Program-made: the position numbers and the translations under genes | Assembly: GCA_965248195.1 (NCBI GenBank) | Contig: CBDFIQ010000002.1 | Span: 640,001-704,000, forward strand | Origin: Longimicrobiales bacterium | GTDB lineage: Bacteria; Gemmatimonadota; Gemmatimonadetes; Longimicrobiales; Gaopeijiaceae | Reading direction: 5' to 3' | DNA length: 64,000 bases | In this document: piece by piece, positions 1 through 9,750 of the stretch | How positions within the stretch are numbered: the first letter of the stretch is position 1 | How the letters are laid out: every line of letters begins with the position of its first letter | Notes under the pieces: model-generated | What the model saw: the letters and a program-made list of their open reading frames with translations, nothing else | The model's database searches: none | What the model was told of the DNA's origin: nothing

Positions 1-39
1 ACCATCTGTGTTGTCAATCAACGGCCGACTATTGACTGA
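1..39 (+). CDS. 3' end of a probable SusD/RagB-like gene (partial, starts before the window)
   Basis: Frame 1 reads TICVVNQRPTID*, resembling TGCDPDQRPIED near the C-terminus of the SusD-like protein at 4478-6064, and is followed by a similar 3' UTR and terminator. Confidence 0.5.
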   Translation, partial: TICVVNQRPTID

Positions 40-102
40 GGTCGTCGCGGTGTCGGGGGTGCTATGCTGATACCTAGCTAGCGCGTCATGCGGCAAGCAA
101 GA

Positions 103-142
103 GCCGGGCCCGGGGGAGAGATCCTCGGGCCCGGTTGTTTTT
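103..142 (+). terminator. Intrinsic terminator
   Basis: Stem GCCGGGCCCGGG...CTCGGGCCCGGT followed by TGTTTTT. Confidence 0.8.
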
Positions 143-246
143 GTACGGCGACCGCCCGGCCGTGCTGGGGAAACCGGAGGTTAGACAGATGGAATTAGCC
201 GTAAGGGTCTACCGAATGACGTGGTTCCAGCTCTTTCGCGTGGGCT

Positions 247-990
247 CTACCGGCCGCTGCCGGAACGCGTCGTCACCACTATGACGCCGTTCGCGGCGAG
301 CGGATAGCGGAACGCAGCGGCAGGGCCCCGTAGGACCTGGATATCCAACACGTCCGAGGCGGGAATCCGGCTCAGGGCGTCGAGCGTCGATTCCCCCGTC
401 GAGACCAAGGCACCATCGATGTAGACGAGCGGCTCAACACTCTGCGTGAGGCTGCCGATGCCCCGCACGTTGATCACGAAGTCATTCTTCCCGATGTTAC
501 CGGATCTCCAGCTGCGCACGCTGGGGTTTTGTACGAGGAGCAGGTCTTCAGCCGTGCGGGGGTCGGATATTCTCGATCTGTCGCCGGGAACTCCGACCAG
601 CAGCTCGGAGAGCACGGCGGAGACCGAAGGAAGACGGAACTGGAGAAAAACGATCCCATCGCCCGTGACGTCGACCTCCTGCGTGACGCTGGGGTGCCCT
701 GGTGCCGTAACATGGACCGACATCATTCCGAAGTGTAGGTCGGGAAACGCGAAGTCACCGTACCTTCCGGTCTGGGTCTCGATGTCCGTGCCGAGCAGCG
801 AGACCGTAGCCGATTCAATGGGCTGGCCGGTCGACTCGTAGACGACGACACCCTGGAGGAAAGGCTGCGTCCCGGCTCCCGACCGGGGTTGCTGTGCGGC
901 GGCGGCGAGAGGTAGCGCGTGCTGGGTGACGAGGAGAACTACCAGAGCGGCCAGCGCTCCGGCCCAGGGTCGGATCGCTGGGCATGACAT
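247..990 (-). CDS. Secreted protein with carboxypeptidase-regulatory-like domain and TonB-receptor plug domain, no beta-barrel
   Basis: Signal peptide; GVVVYESTGQPIESATV; INVRGIGSL...PLVYIDG; DVLDIQVLRGPAAAFRY...NGVIVVTTR followed shortly by the stop. Confidence 0.8.
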   Translation of the reverse strand: MSCPAIRPWAGALAALVVLLVTQHALPLAAAAQQPRSGAGTQPFLQGVVVYESTGQPIESATVSLLGTDIETQTGRYGDFAFPDLHFGMMSVHVTAPGHPSVTQEVDVTGDGIVFLQFRLPSVSAVLSELLVGVPGDRSRISDPRTAEDLLLVQNPSVRSWRSGNIGKNDFVINVRGIGSLTQSVEPLVYIDGALVSTGESTLDALSRIPASDVLDIQVLRGPAAAFRYPLAANGVIVVTTRSGSGR

Positions 991-1107
991 TGCATCGATA
1001 TCCGGCTAAATCATCAAAATACCTCAACATACGCTACCCTCTGACGCATGCCCCGTTCCCCAAGGTGTTTTGGCTGGAGGAGGGTTGGAAACACCCTAGA
1101 AACGCTG

Positions 1108-1136
1108 TTGACGCGACCGAGCTCGAACGTTAGCGT
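1108..1136 (+). promoter_or_regulatory. Putative sigma70 promoter of the susC/susD operon
   Basis: TTGACG-N17-TAGCGT, about 160 bp upstream of the ATG at 1296. Confidence 0.45.
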
Positions 1137-1295
1137 GACTTTCGATTGCGAGGTTCCTTGAAGAATCTCGTACGCTCGAGGTTTGTCTCGAGAAGCGCGG
1201 CCCCTAGCGGGGTCGCGTCGTTTCGTTGTATATGGGCACGTTGCGGCCCACTCCCGGGCCGTGGTGCCGTGTGTAGTTCAACCAAAGGGGGAGCT

Positions 1296-4200
1296 ATGAA
1301 AACAGGATTCCGTTCCAGAGTACTGAGCGGGTTCGGCGCCCTGGTGACGGCCTTCTTGCTTGTAGTGCCGAGTATCGGCGCGCAGCAGGGCGGTACAGTC
1401 ACCGGTCGGGTGCTGGACTCGCGGAGCGGGTTGCCTGTGGCGGCAGCCCAGGTCTTTATCTCCGCATTGGACTTGGGCGGCCTGACGCAACAGAACGGCC
1501 GCTATCTAATGCAAAACGTGCCCGCGGGCACCCACACGGTGACCGTGGCCCGCATCGGGTACCGGACGGAAGAGGCACAGGTCTCGGTCGGTGGCGGTCA
1601 AACCGTCGAGCAGAATTTCGACATGGCCGAGGAAGCTCTGGCGCTCGACGAGATCATCGTCACCGGGACGCCGGGCGGTACGCAGCGTCGGGCCATCGGA
1701 AACTCTGTCGTGACGGTCAACGCATCCGACATTGTCGCGGTGGCGCCTGTATCAAACATGCAGGAGTTGCTGTCTGGACGAACTCCGGGCCTCCAGTTCA
1801 CACGGCGGACCGGAAACGTGGGCTCCGGCTCGCCGATCCGGATCCGGGGCATCGGGAGCTTCTCCCTGTCCACCAACCCCCTTATCTACATCGACGGCAT
1901 ACGGGTCAACAACTCCTCCAACGCCGGGCCTGCAGTCGAAGACGGAGGTTTCGAGGAACAGAGCGCGGAAGGGGGTACAACGAGCGTGCTCGACGACTTG
2001 AACCCGGACGACATCGAGAGCATCGAGATCATCAAGGGGCCGGCGGCGGGGACGCTCTACGGAACAGAAGCGTCGGCCGGTGTGATCCAGATCATCACCA
2101 AGAGGGGCGCAGAGGGCGACGTACAGATCAGCGCGTCTGTGCGTGCGGGCGTCAACTTTATGACCGACCCCGCCGGAAGGCTGGGCACCATGTATGGATG
2201 TCGGTCTGGCACATCGACGCCCTGCCCCGTGGGAGACATAATCACGTACAACATGTACGAGGAGGCGAACGATTACATCAGCGGGAGGACTCCGGGCCCG
2301 GACGGTGGGAGGTACTTCGATTGGCCCACCAAAAATCTCTACCAGTACGGCCCTATCCAATCCTACAACGTGGACGTTAGGGGAGGAAGCCAGACGTTCC
2401 GCTACTTCGCCTCTGCCAACTACGACAATGAAGAGGGGATCGAGTGGTACAACAGGGACGAGACGGCGCGGTTGCGGGCGAACCTGAGTATTACGCCCGG
2501 GGGGGATTGGTCCATGGACCTCTCGACCGCCTTTGTTCAGGGAGACACGAGGTATGCTTCGCCCGTCCTCAACCAGGGTAGCCCGTGGCAGGACATGGGT
2601 TGGTCTAACGGTCGCTGCCTGTTTCGTATCAACCCGGGCCTGTGCCCTCGTCTCGGCGGTTTCCAGGAGCACCTCCCTTCGGACATAGCCAAGATAAACA
2701 CCACACGGGACTACAGTCGCTTTACTGGAGGCCTGACACTGAACCACAATACCGGTGACTGGTTGAGCCAGCGCCTCATTCTCGGGATCGACAAGGGATG
2801 GGACGTAAACCAGGTGCTCTTCCCGGTAGAAAACATTCTGACCACGGTTTATTCCGAAACCAACAAAGGGCAGATCCAACGCGAAGATCCGACCACGACG
2901 AACATTTCGCTGGACTACGCTGTTACCGGCACGTACGACTACAATAGCTTGAACTTCCAGACCTCCGTCGGGGGTCAGTACTACATCAAGCGGTTCGAAA
3001 AGCTCAACGCCATTGGGCGAAATTTCGCCTCGGCGCTGTCCACCACCGTCAACCAGACCGATGTCGCGCAGGCGACTCTCGACTTCATATTCATCGAGAC
3101 TCGGTCGTTGGGCTTCTACGTGCAGGAGCAGATAGGATGGAATGAGCGCCTATTCGTGACCGGCGCGATCCGCTTCGACGACCATTCGGCGTTTGGCGCT
3201 GACTTCGAAGCGCTCGTATATCCGAAGGTGTCGGCGACTTGGGTGGCCTCGGAGGAAAGTTTCTGGAACATCGACTACATCAACTCGTTGCGCTTGCGGG
3301 GAGCGTGGGGGCAGGCGGGGCGCCAGCCGGACGTCTTCGCCGCGACAGACGTCTACGGAGTGATCCCCGGGGTGGGCGGTTTCTCAGGGATCTCGCCAGT
3401 GAGCCCGGGTAACGAGTTGATCGGTCCCGAGGTGAGCACCGAGATCGAGTTGGGCTTCGACATGGCCCTGATGGACGGGCGGCTCGCGGCCGAATTCACC
3501 TACTTCACGCAAAAGAACGAGGATGCTCTGCTGGAACGGGAAGTCGCGCCGAACTCGGGATTCCCGGGTGCGGTCCAGCAGAATGTGGGCCGGATCGACA
3601 ACTGGGGATGGGAGGCATTGCTGAGTGCACAGGTTTACCAGGCTGACTCCTGGTCCTTCGACCTGCGTCTCAACGCCGATCACGTGGACAACAAGGTCAA
3701 GGATCTCGGTGGCACCCTGCCGACCACCGAGATTCGGGAAGGGTGGCCATACCCGGTCTTCACGGGCCGGTACTTAGTCGAGTCTGCGGATCCGGGGACG
3801 GGCCCGGGGACATTCAGCAACGCCATGTGCGATAGTGGAACGGGCGGCGCGCCCGGGGAGGCACAGTTCCAGGGAGGCGCGCTGGTGCCCTGTGGGACTG
3901 TCTCTGGCAGTACGCGAATCATGATCGGGCGGGCTTTCTACACATACAAGTATGGCATCGCCCCGAGCCTGAACCTGTTCAACAACCGCCTTCAGCTCTT
4001 CGCCCTGGCCGAGGGCGCCTACGGCCGGGAAGGCGTAGACAACGTTCTGGAGTGGAGCCACATCTACAACAATTCCCTTCTCTCCCAGGCCGAGGACGAC
4101 CCGCTCTATGTGGCCAGGGATCAAGGCAACTTCCAGGACGACCGCTCGAAGGAATATTTCGATGGAGACTTCTGGACGATGCGGGAGTTGGGATTCCGGT

Positions 4201-4424
4201 TTACCCTCCCGCAGTCCTGGGTCGGTGCTATGGGGGCGGACCGTGCGAGCTTCTCGTTCTCTGCTCGGAACACCTTTTTCCTTTATCGGGCCCAAACCAC
4301 GGTCGCCGGAGGGACAGTTGGGGATCCGGAGATCGGCTCCGTCGAAGAGCTTGACGGCGGCAGCAACTTCCGCTCAAGCCCACCCACTGCGAGCATAAGC
4401 GCGACCCTGCGGGTCTCGTTCTGA
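1296..4424 (+). CDS. SusC/RagA-like TonB-dependent outer-membrane receptor
   Basis: GGGGAG RBS before ATG 1296; signal peptide; N-terminal CarboxypepD_reg-like domain; plug signature DIESIEIIKGPAAGTLYGTEASAGVIQIITKRG; C-terminal Phe (LRVSF). Confidence 0.92.
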   Translation: MKTGFRSRVLSGFGALVTAFLLVVPSIGAQQGGTVTGRVLDSRSGLPVAAAQVFISALDLGGLTQQNGRYLMQNVPAGTHTVTVARIGYRTEEAQVSVGGGQTVEQNFDMAEEALALDEIIVTGTPGGTQRRAIGNSVVTVNASDIVAVAPVSNMQELLSGRTPGLQFTRRTGNVGSGSPIRIRGIGSFSLSTNPLIYIDGIRVNNSSNAGPAVEDGGFEEQSAEGGTTSVLDDLNPDDIESIEIIKGPAAGTLYGTEASAGVIQIITKRGAEGDVQISASVRAGVNFMTDPAGRLGTMYGCRSGTSTPCPVGDIITYNMYEEANDYISGRTPGPDGGRYFDWPTKNLYQYGPIQSYNVDVRGGSQTFRYFASANYDNEEGIEWYNRDETARLRANLSITPGGDWSMDLSTAFVQGDTRYASPVLNQGSPWQDMGWSNGRCLFRINPGLCPRLGGFQEHLPSDIAKINTTRDYSRFTGGLTLNHNTGDWLSQRLILGIDKGWDVNQVLFPVENILTTVYSETNKGQIQREDPTTTNISLDYAVTGTYDYNSLNFQTSVGGQYYIKRFEKLNAIGRNFASALSTTVNQTDVAQATLDFIFIETRSLGFYVQEQIGWNERLFVTGAIRFDDHSAFGADFEALVYPKVSATWVASEESFWNIDYINSLRLRGAWGQAGRQPDVFAATDVYGVIPGVGGFSGISPVSPGNELIGPEVSTEIELGFDMALMDGRLAAEFTYFTQKNEDALLEREVAPNSGFPGAVQQNVGRIDNWGWEALLSAQVYQADSWSFDLRLNADHVDNKVKDLGGTLPTTEIREGWPYPVFTGRYLVESADPGTGPGTFSNAMCDSGTGGAPGEAQFQGGALVPCGTVSGSTRIMIGRAFYTYKYGIAPSLNLFNNRLQLFALAEGAYGREGVDNVLEWSHIYNNSLLSQAEDDPLYVARDQGNFQDDRSKEYFDGDFWTMRELGFRFTLPQSWVGAMGADRASFSFSARNTFFLYRAQTTVAGGTVGDPEIGSVEELDGGSNFRSSPPTASISATLRVSF

Positions 4425-4477
4425 TGGTGGGTCGACCGACGGACTTGACTACTCACTTGACTACTCAGAGATACGGA

Positions 4478-6064
4478 ATGGTGAACGATATGAGCAAAAC
4501 GAGAATGAAACCGGAAAGCCGGGCATGGGTGAAGGAGGGAAAGTCTGCTCTGATCCTCGCCCTGGCGGTAGGCACGCTGACTGCCTGCAACAGCTTGTTG
4601 GACGTGACGCTGCCGGCGGTCGTTAATGAGGAGGTGCTGGAGGACCCCCTGAACGCCGACGTAATCGTGGCCTCGATCATCGCGAACTTCGAGTGCGGCT
4701 ATTCAGCGTTCGGTTGGCTGTCGATGGGTCACGACGGCGTCACGGAGTCGGTCGCAGGCCGGGGCGGTGGCAGTGGGACCTACAACTCGGTTCCCGACGC
4801 CGGCGTGGAGTGCGACGCAGGTGGGGATTCCTCGAACGGCAACTACTACGATCAGTTCGCGATCGCGAGGGGGGCGGGGTACGTTGCGTATGAGAGCCTT
4901 GGGGGTTGGACGGACGCGGAGGTGCCTGGTGGGGCAGTCAATAGGGAGAAGCTGATGGCCACCACTGCCCTTTACCTTGGGGCGATTTTCGACTACTTCG
5001 GCGAGTTCTACTGCGAGATGACCATCGACGAAGGTCCGCTCATGACGCCGGACCAGACTATTGCGCTGGGCATAACCTGGCTCGACAGGGCGCAGGGGCA
5101 TATCAACAACATCGGCGACTACGCGATCCCCCACGGTGCCAGCACCAGCGCCCAGAGCATGTTGCATGGCCTTCGCGCCCGGATGCTCTGGCATACAGGG
5201 GACCTTGTCGGCGCTGCGGCGGCTGCGGCGTCGTTCCCAAAGGATTTCACGGCCTGGGTGACCCGCGACGTGGGTCCCCAGCGGAGAAACAAGCCGTACG
5301 AGTCCCTCACGGCCACCGGCTGGAATGGGATGCTGGGATTGAGCGCCTCCACCGGCGACTTCGCCTGGAATCCTCCCGATGGCCGTACCAACCCTGTGAC
5401 GGGCCTGGATTGGCCAGACCCCATTCCGTTCACCGGCTACCTCTTCCTGGGCATCATGCCCGACGGTCGGGCGCTCTCTGACACGGGAATCGCAGTCAGG
5501 TGGGCGGAGGAGTTCCGGGTAGCCGGCGACGATCCGACCCCGCTAAACAACGGTGCGGTAGCGGATACCCGGGTCCTGCACTTCAAGAAGTCGATCCAGG
5601 GCCCCTCGCCCAGAGAGGTTCCGGACACGTATAAATCGGATTCCGACGACCTCCCCTTGGTGGACTGGGAGGAGATTTGGCTCATCCAGGCCGAGATCGA
5701 GGGAGGTCAACGCGCCATCGACCGCGTGAACGATATTCGGGCCGCCTACAGCCTCCCGCTGGTCACTTACGTGGATCCGGGCAATGCACAACAGGTGAAG
5801 TTCATGATTATCGAGGAAAGGCGGCGAACCTTGTTCAACGAAGTGGGGCGGTTCTGGGCCACGAAGATCTTGAACACCGACCTTCTATTTTTCCCCCGGA
5901 CCAAGGGGGCCACTCCGGAACAGGGATACAACCTGAATGGTGGTGTGCGTCTGGTAATGCCTACCGACGAGTACGAGCTGAACCCAAACCTCGGCTTTAA
6001 CGTCCGGGGGACCGGTTGTGACCCCGATCAGAGACCGATCGAGGACGAGGGTTGGGGGTTCTAG
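4478..6064 (+). CDS. SusD/RagB-like outer-membrane lipoprotein (start 4478 or 4490)
   Basis: Lipobox LTAC; motifs EEIWLIQAE, VNDIRA, IIEERRRTLFNE; directly downstream of the SusC-like gene. Confidence 0.85.
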   Translation: MVNDMSKTRMKPESRAWVKEGKSALILALAVGTLTACNSLLDVTLPAVVNEEVLEDPLNADVIVASIIANFECGYSAFGWLSMGHDGVTESVAGRGGGSGTYNSVPDAGVECDAGGDSSNGNYYDQFAIARGAGYVAYESLGGWTDAEVPGGAVNREKLMATTALYLGAIFDYFGEFYCEMTIDEGPLMTPDQTIALGITWLDRAQGHINNIGDYAIPHGASTSAQSMLHGLRARMLWHTGDLVGAAAAAASFPKDFTAWVTRDVGPQRRNKPYESLTATGWNGMLGLSASTGDFAWNPPDGRTNPVTGLDWPDPIPFTGYLFLGIMPDGRALSDTGIAVRWAEEFRVAGDDPTPLNNGAVADTRVLHFKKSIQGPSPREVPDTYKSDSDDLPLVDWEEIWLIQAEIEGGQRAIDRVNDIRAAYSLPLVTYVDPGNAQQVKFMIIEERRRTLFNEVGRFWATKILNTDLLFFPRTKGATPEQGYNLNGGVRLVMPTDEYELNPNLGFNVRGTGCDPDQRPIEDEGWGF

Positions 6065-6134
6065 TGAGGTCCTTGCTCGTCGGGGCGCGCTGCGCTGGCA
6101 CTTAGCTTCTTAGCTAGCGTCATGCGCGGGAAGG

Positions 6135-6175
6135 AGCCGAGCCCGGGGAGAAATCCCCGGGCTCGGCTTAATTTT
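6135..6175 (+). terminator. Intrinsic terminator after the susD-like gene
   Basis: AGCCGAGCCCGGGGA-GAAA-TCCCCGGGCTCGGCT followed by TAATTTT. Confidence 0.85.
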
Positions 6176-6314
6176 GTGGGTACCGGCGCCGCACTGCATG
6201 GGCGACGCGCATACGAGCGAGAAGCGCCGTCGGGGGCGATGGGCGCAGGAACTATTCGGGGGACGCCTGAGTTCATTTACAAATCACTGCTTCCGCCGCT
6301 ACTGTTTCCGCCGC

Positions 6315-7490
6315 ATGAACCAGAAAATGCTTCTTTCCGACCGGATGCCGGATCCGCCCTCTGGGGCCTTCTCCTTTCTCTCCTTCGGCCTTGCTCTGGC
6401 TACGCTGGCCGTATCGGCATGCTCGGGTGGGGACCTGCCGATGGTGGGTCCGGATGATGAGCCGGCCTTGACCGCGCTGTGCCAAGAAATTCAGGCGGAC
6501 CTGGTCGGAGCTGCGGCGAAGGATGCGATTCCCGCACTTACGGACCCTGAGCTGGTCGCGGTGGACGATCTCAGGGCCGAATTCCTACTGCCGACGGACC
6601 GAGTGATCGGGATCGAGGTCGATGGCCAGTACATCGCCATCCCACACAACATTCTCTGGTGGCACGAGATCGCGAACTTCAACGCATACGAGTTGGCCGT
6701 CACGTATTGCCCGCTTACCGGGTCCAGCATGGTCTTTCAGCGCGGGTCGGTCGATGGAGACGAGTTCGGTGTATCTGGGCTGCTCTTCAACAACAATCTG
6801 GTGATGTACAACCGCACCCCTGTTGGGGTGGAGGAAACTCTGTGGCCGCAGATGTTGGCGGGAGGGCGTTGCGGCCCGGCGTCAGGTACGGAGCTGGCGA
6901 TGTCTCCGTCCCTGGAGATCGAATGGGCCGACTGGGTGGCGCTCCACCCGGACACACGTGTCGTTGGGGGGGACACCGGATTTCCGCGGGATTATCGACT
7001 GTATCCTTATGGGGGCTACGAAGTAGAGACCAACAGCATCACACTGATCCCCCAAGATGACTTGGATCGCCGGAGACCCCCGAAGGAGCGGGTGTTGGGG
7101 ATTCCGTTCGGTGATGGAGGAGGGATCGCCTTCCCCTTCGGGGCCCTCCGCAGCGTCGGCGATCTTGCGGCGATCCATACGATCCTCGGCGACGGCCAGG
7201 AGGAAGCCGGCGGTATAGACCCCGTCGTCGTGTTCTGGAGTAGCGCTGCGGCTGCCGCCATGGCATTTACCCCTTCGATCGCAGGCAAGGATCTGACCTT
7301 CGAGGTAAGAAACGGCGCTTTCGTGGATGTAGAAACGGGGAGCCAGTGGAGTCTCGATGGCAAGGCGCTCTCCGGTCCGTTGGCGGGCGAGAGCCTCTGG
7401 AAGATTCGCGACGCCTACGTGTCGTTCTGGTTCGCCTTCGCGACGTTCTTCCCCGACCCCGTTCTCTGGACTCCAGCTACCTCGTCGTGA
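6315..7490 (+). CDS. DUF3179-domain lipoprotein, copy 1 (start uncertain)
   Basis: Lipobox VSAC; DAIPAL, ILWWHEIAN, VTYCPLTGS, FGVSGLL..NNLVMY, SFWFAF motifs. Confidence 0.85.
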   Translation: MNQKMLLSDRMPDPPSGAFSFLSFGLALATLAVSACSGGDLPMVGPDDEPALTALCQEIQADLVGAAAKDAIPALTDPELVAVDDLRAEFLLPTDRVIGIEVDGQYIAIPHNILWWHEIANFNAYELAVTYCPLTGSSMVFQRGSVDGDEFGVSGLLFNNNLVMYNRTPVGVEETLWPQMLAGGRCGPASGTELAMSPSLEIEWADWVALHPDTRVVGGDTGFPRDYRLYPYGGYEVETNSITLIPQDDLDRRRPPKERVLGIPFGDGGGIAFPFGALRSVGDLAAIHTILGDGQEEAGGIDPVVVFWSSAAAAAMAFTPSIAGKDLTFEVRNGAFVDVETGSQWSLDGKALSGPLAGESLWKIRDAYVSFWFAFATFFPDPVLWTPATSS

Positions 7491-8103
7491 GCCCTCAGAC
7501 GGGCGCAGTGTTCGCGGATGCCGGTGTGGTCGCGCACACTCTACCGGCCGGCGCCCGAACGCGTCGTCACCAGCACGACGCCGTTCGCCGCGAAGGGATA
7601 GAGGAACGCAGCGGCAGGGCCCCGCAGGACCTCGAATAGCGGGCTCTCTCGGCTCTTTTAGTTGCGCGGGGCGCCGTTGTTGATCCAGTTCCTGAAATTG
7701 GTGAGGTCGATGCTGTCGAGCAACGGGCCAAACGGCATCCGAGACCCTACTCTTTGGCGACCCTCAAACCGGATGATCAGGTAGCTGTTGGTCGCGTCGA
7801 AGGGCTCGACGAGCAGAAACTCGCGCTCGGTGTCTGCAGGCACGTTCACGATGTTGGCGTAATTTTCGCGAGAGTCGGGGTGGAGGAAGAGCGCCCCCTG
7901 TCCGTCCCCGTGACAGTTGGAGGCGGTACACCCTTTTCGCACGAAGATCTCTTGTACGTCCTCTTGAAACGAGGGAAGCTGTAATACGACGCGAGTCATC
8001 TCGGACTCAGGGTCGTCAAGGTCAGGGTCAGGACGTGGACCGGTCGGAATCGGGTCTCCAAAGCACGATGTGAGGGCAGTCCCCGCGACAAGCAATGTAA
8101 AAA

Positions 8104-9479
8104 GGTCAAGTCCCGATTTGTGTGTAAAAGCGGAGGAAGCTCCTCGCCTTCGGCTAGGCTGCTTGGGCGACCTCCTGTTTCTGGAGGAGTGAGAGGTCGA
8201 GGTAACGCCGGTCGCCCCAGACGTGTGTGGTCCTGAGTGCGACGGCCGTGATGAGCCTGAGGGCGCTGGCCCGGTCCGGGAAGGCGCCGGCGGCCTTGAT
8301 CCTGCGTTTGATCTCGCCGTGCAGCCGCTCGAGGCTGTTGGTGGTACGCAGCCGGGGCCAGTGCGCCTCGGGGAACGCGTAGAACTGCGTCGCTGCCCCG
8401 AAGCCCCGCTCCAGGACCTCCACGGCCTCGGGCAGCTCCTTCTTCCAGCGTGCGCCGAACTCGCCCAGGAGCTTCTTCGCCTCGGCGAGTCCGGATGTCT
8501 GGAAGATCACCGAGACCTCACGCGCCACGCGCTTGCGTAGGCGGTGGGGGACCCTCGCCCCCACATTACGCTGCAGATGGACCGTACACCTCTGACGGCG
8601 TGCCTCGGGCAGGAAGCGGCGGACCGCAGCTGCCAGGCCTGCGTGCTCATCGGCGATCACGAGCTCGACACCGCCGAGGCCGCGGTCCTGGAGTTGCTCG
8701 AGGAGCTCCGACCAGCTCTGCTGCGACTCCTCAGCGCCCAGCGTGACGGCCAGGAGCCGTCGGTGACCCTCAGGGCCCACTGCATACGCCACGAGCGCAC
8801 TCACGTTCTCGACTTTGCGGGCCCAGCGGGCGTCCAAGAACGTGGCGTCCAGGTACAGATAGGGGTGAGGCCCCTCGATCGGCGCACGGCGCAGCCCTTC
8901 CACGGCCTCGTCGAGCCGTTTTGCCACACGACTCACCGTCGAGCGCCCAACACGCTCGCCCATCAGCGCCTCGGTGACGTCGCCCATCTTGCGCTGTGAC
9001 ACGCCGCTCACATACGCCTCGACCATCATCTCGTCGAGCTCGGGGCTCCTGCGCTGGTAGCGGCCGATCACGTCGGCCGGCGAACCGTTGTCCCGGCTCC
9101 GGGGCATGGCGACCTCGATCTGCCCCAGGCTCGTCAGCAGCCGCCTCAGGTATGTGCCGTTCCTATGGTCCTTCCGGCTTCCCACCCGCTCGAAGCGGCG
9201 TGCACCTACCATGGCCTTCAGCTCCTCTTCCAGCACCATCTCGAGCGTCAGCCGGATCGCGCCTTGAAACAGCTCGCGCAAATCATCGCGTAGCTCGTCT
9301 TGCGTGGCCCGACCGATCTCCACAATCTCTTGCATCGGAAGCTCCTCTCCGGTTCCGAGCCTGCTCTGCAGACCCGGACTCCCGGGTTCATGTGACAGTG
9401 AACAACAACAGAGGAGCTTCCGTTTTTCTTTCCCTCCTGTCCAGCTTATCCGCTTTTACACAAATCTAGGGACACTACC
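8104..9479 (-). mobile_element. IS256-family insertion sequence, copy 1 (1376 bp)
   Basis: Imperfect TIRs GGTCAAGTCCCGATTTGTGTGTAAAAGCGGA and (reverse complement) GGTAGTGTCCCTAGATTTGTGTAAAAGCGGA; 9-bp TSD ATGTAAAAA at 8095-8103 and 9480-9488. Confidence 0.95.
8154..9335 (-). CDS. IS256-family (Mutator-type) DDE transposase
   Basis: RNGTYLRRL, YLYLDAT, LVIADEH, QRCTVH, LRTTNSLERLHGEIKRR motifs. Confidence 0.95.
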   Translation of the reverse strand: MQEIVEIGRATQDELRDDLRELFQGAIRLTLEMVLEEELKAMVGARRFERVGSRKDHRNGTYLRRLLTSLGQIEVAMPRSRDNGSPADVIGRYQRRSPELDEMMVEAYVSGVSQRKMGDVTEALMGERVGRSTVSRVAKRLDEAVEGLRRAPIEGPHPYLYLDATFLDARWARKVENVSALVAYAVGPEGHRRLLAVTLGAEESQQSWSELLEQLQDRGLGGVELVIADEHAGLAAAVRRFLPEARRQRCTVHLQRNVGARVPHRLRKRVAREVSVIFQTSGLAEAKKLLGEFGARWKKELPEAVEVLERGFGAATQFYAFPEAHWPRLRTTNSLERLHGEIKRRIKAAGAFPDRASALRLITAVALRTTHVWGDRRYLDLSLLQKQEVAQAA

Positions 9480-9600
9480 ATGTAAAAATCCGAACACGAT
9501 TGATCATTCTAGGCTCCTCAGCGCCGCCCGCGGGAGTCGGACAGGTCGCAGGGCCGGTGTTCTACACTCGATCCAGGAGGGGAGTGCCAGGCTGGGTCGC

Positions 9601-9717
9601 CCATCGCCAGCCGGCCCCACGGCGCCCCAAAGTGCCCGAAACCATTGGCATAAGCACTACGACGTGCAGGTGCTCTACGGGCTGAGCGGGACGTGCGTCA
9701 TCGTCTACCGCGCGGGC
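9601..9717 (+). pseudogene. Deleted remnant of a duplicate of the cupin gene at 11174-11542
   Basis: Encodes NHWHKHYDVQVLYGLSGTCVIVYRAG versus TNWHKHDDVQVLYGLSGTCVVVDREG in the intact gene; CGCCAGCCgGCCCCACGGCGCC matches the 5' part of the intact gene. Confidence 0.75.
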
Positions 9718-9750
9718 GCATTTCGGAGTTGTTTCAGGCTTTTCGGAGTC

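Larger units (their letters stand above)
7658..9507 (-). pseudogene. Lipoprotein with CxxxxCH motif (possible atypical heme-binding site), interrupted by IS256 in its signal peptide
   Basis: Removing the IS and one target duplication joins ATG 9507 (GAGGAG RBS) to give MINRVRIFTLLVAGTALTSC...; the body has CTASNCHG and RMPFG. Confidence 0.85.
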
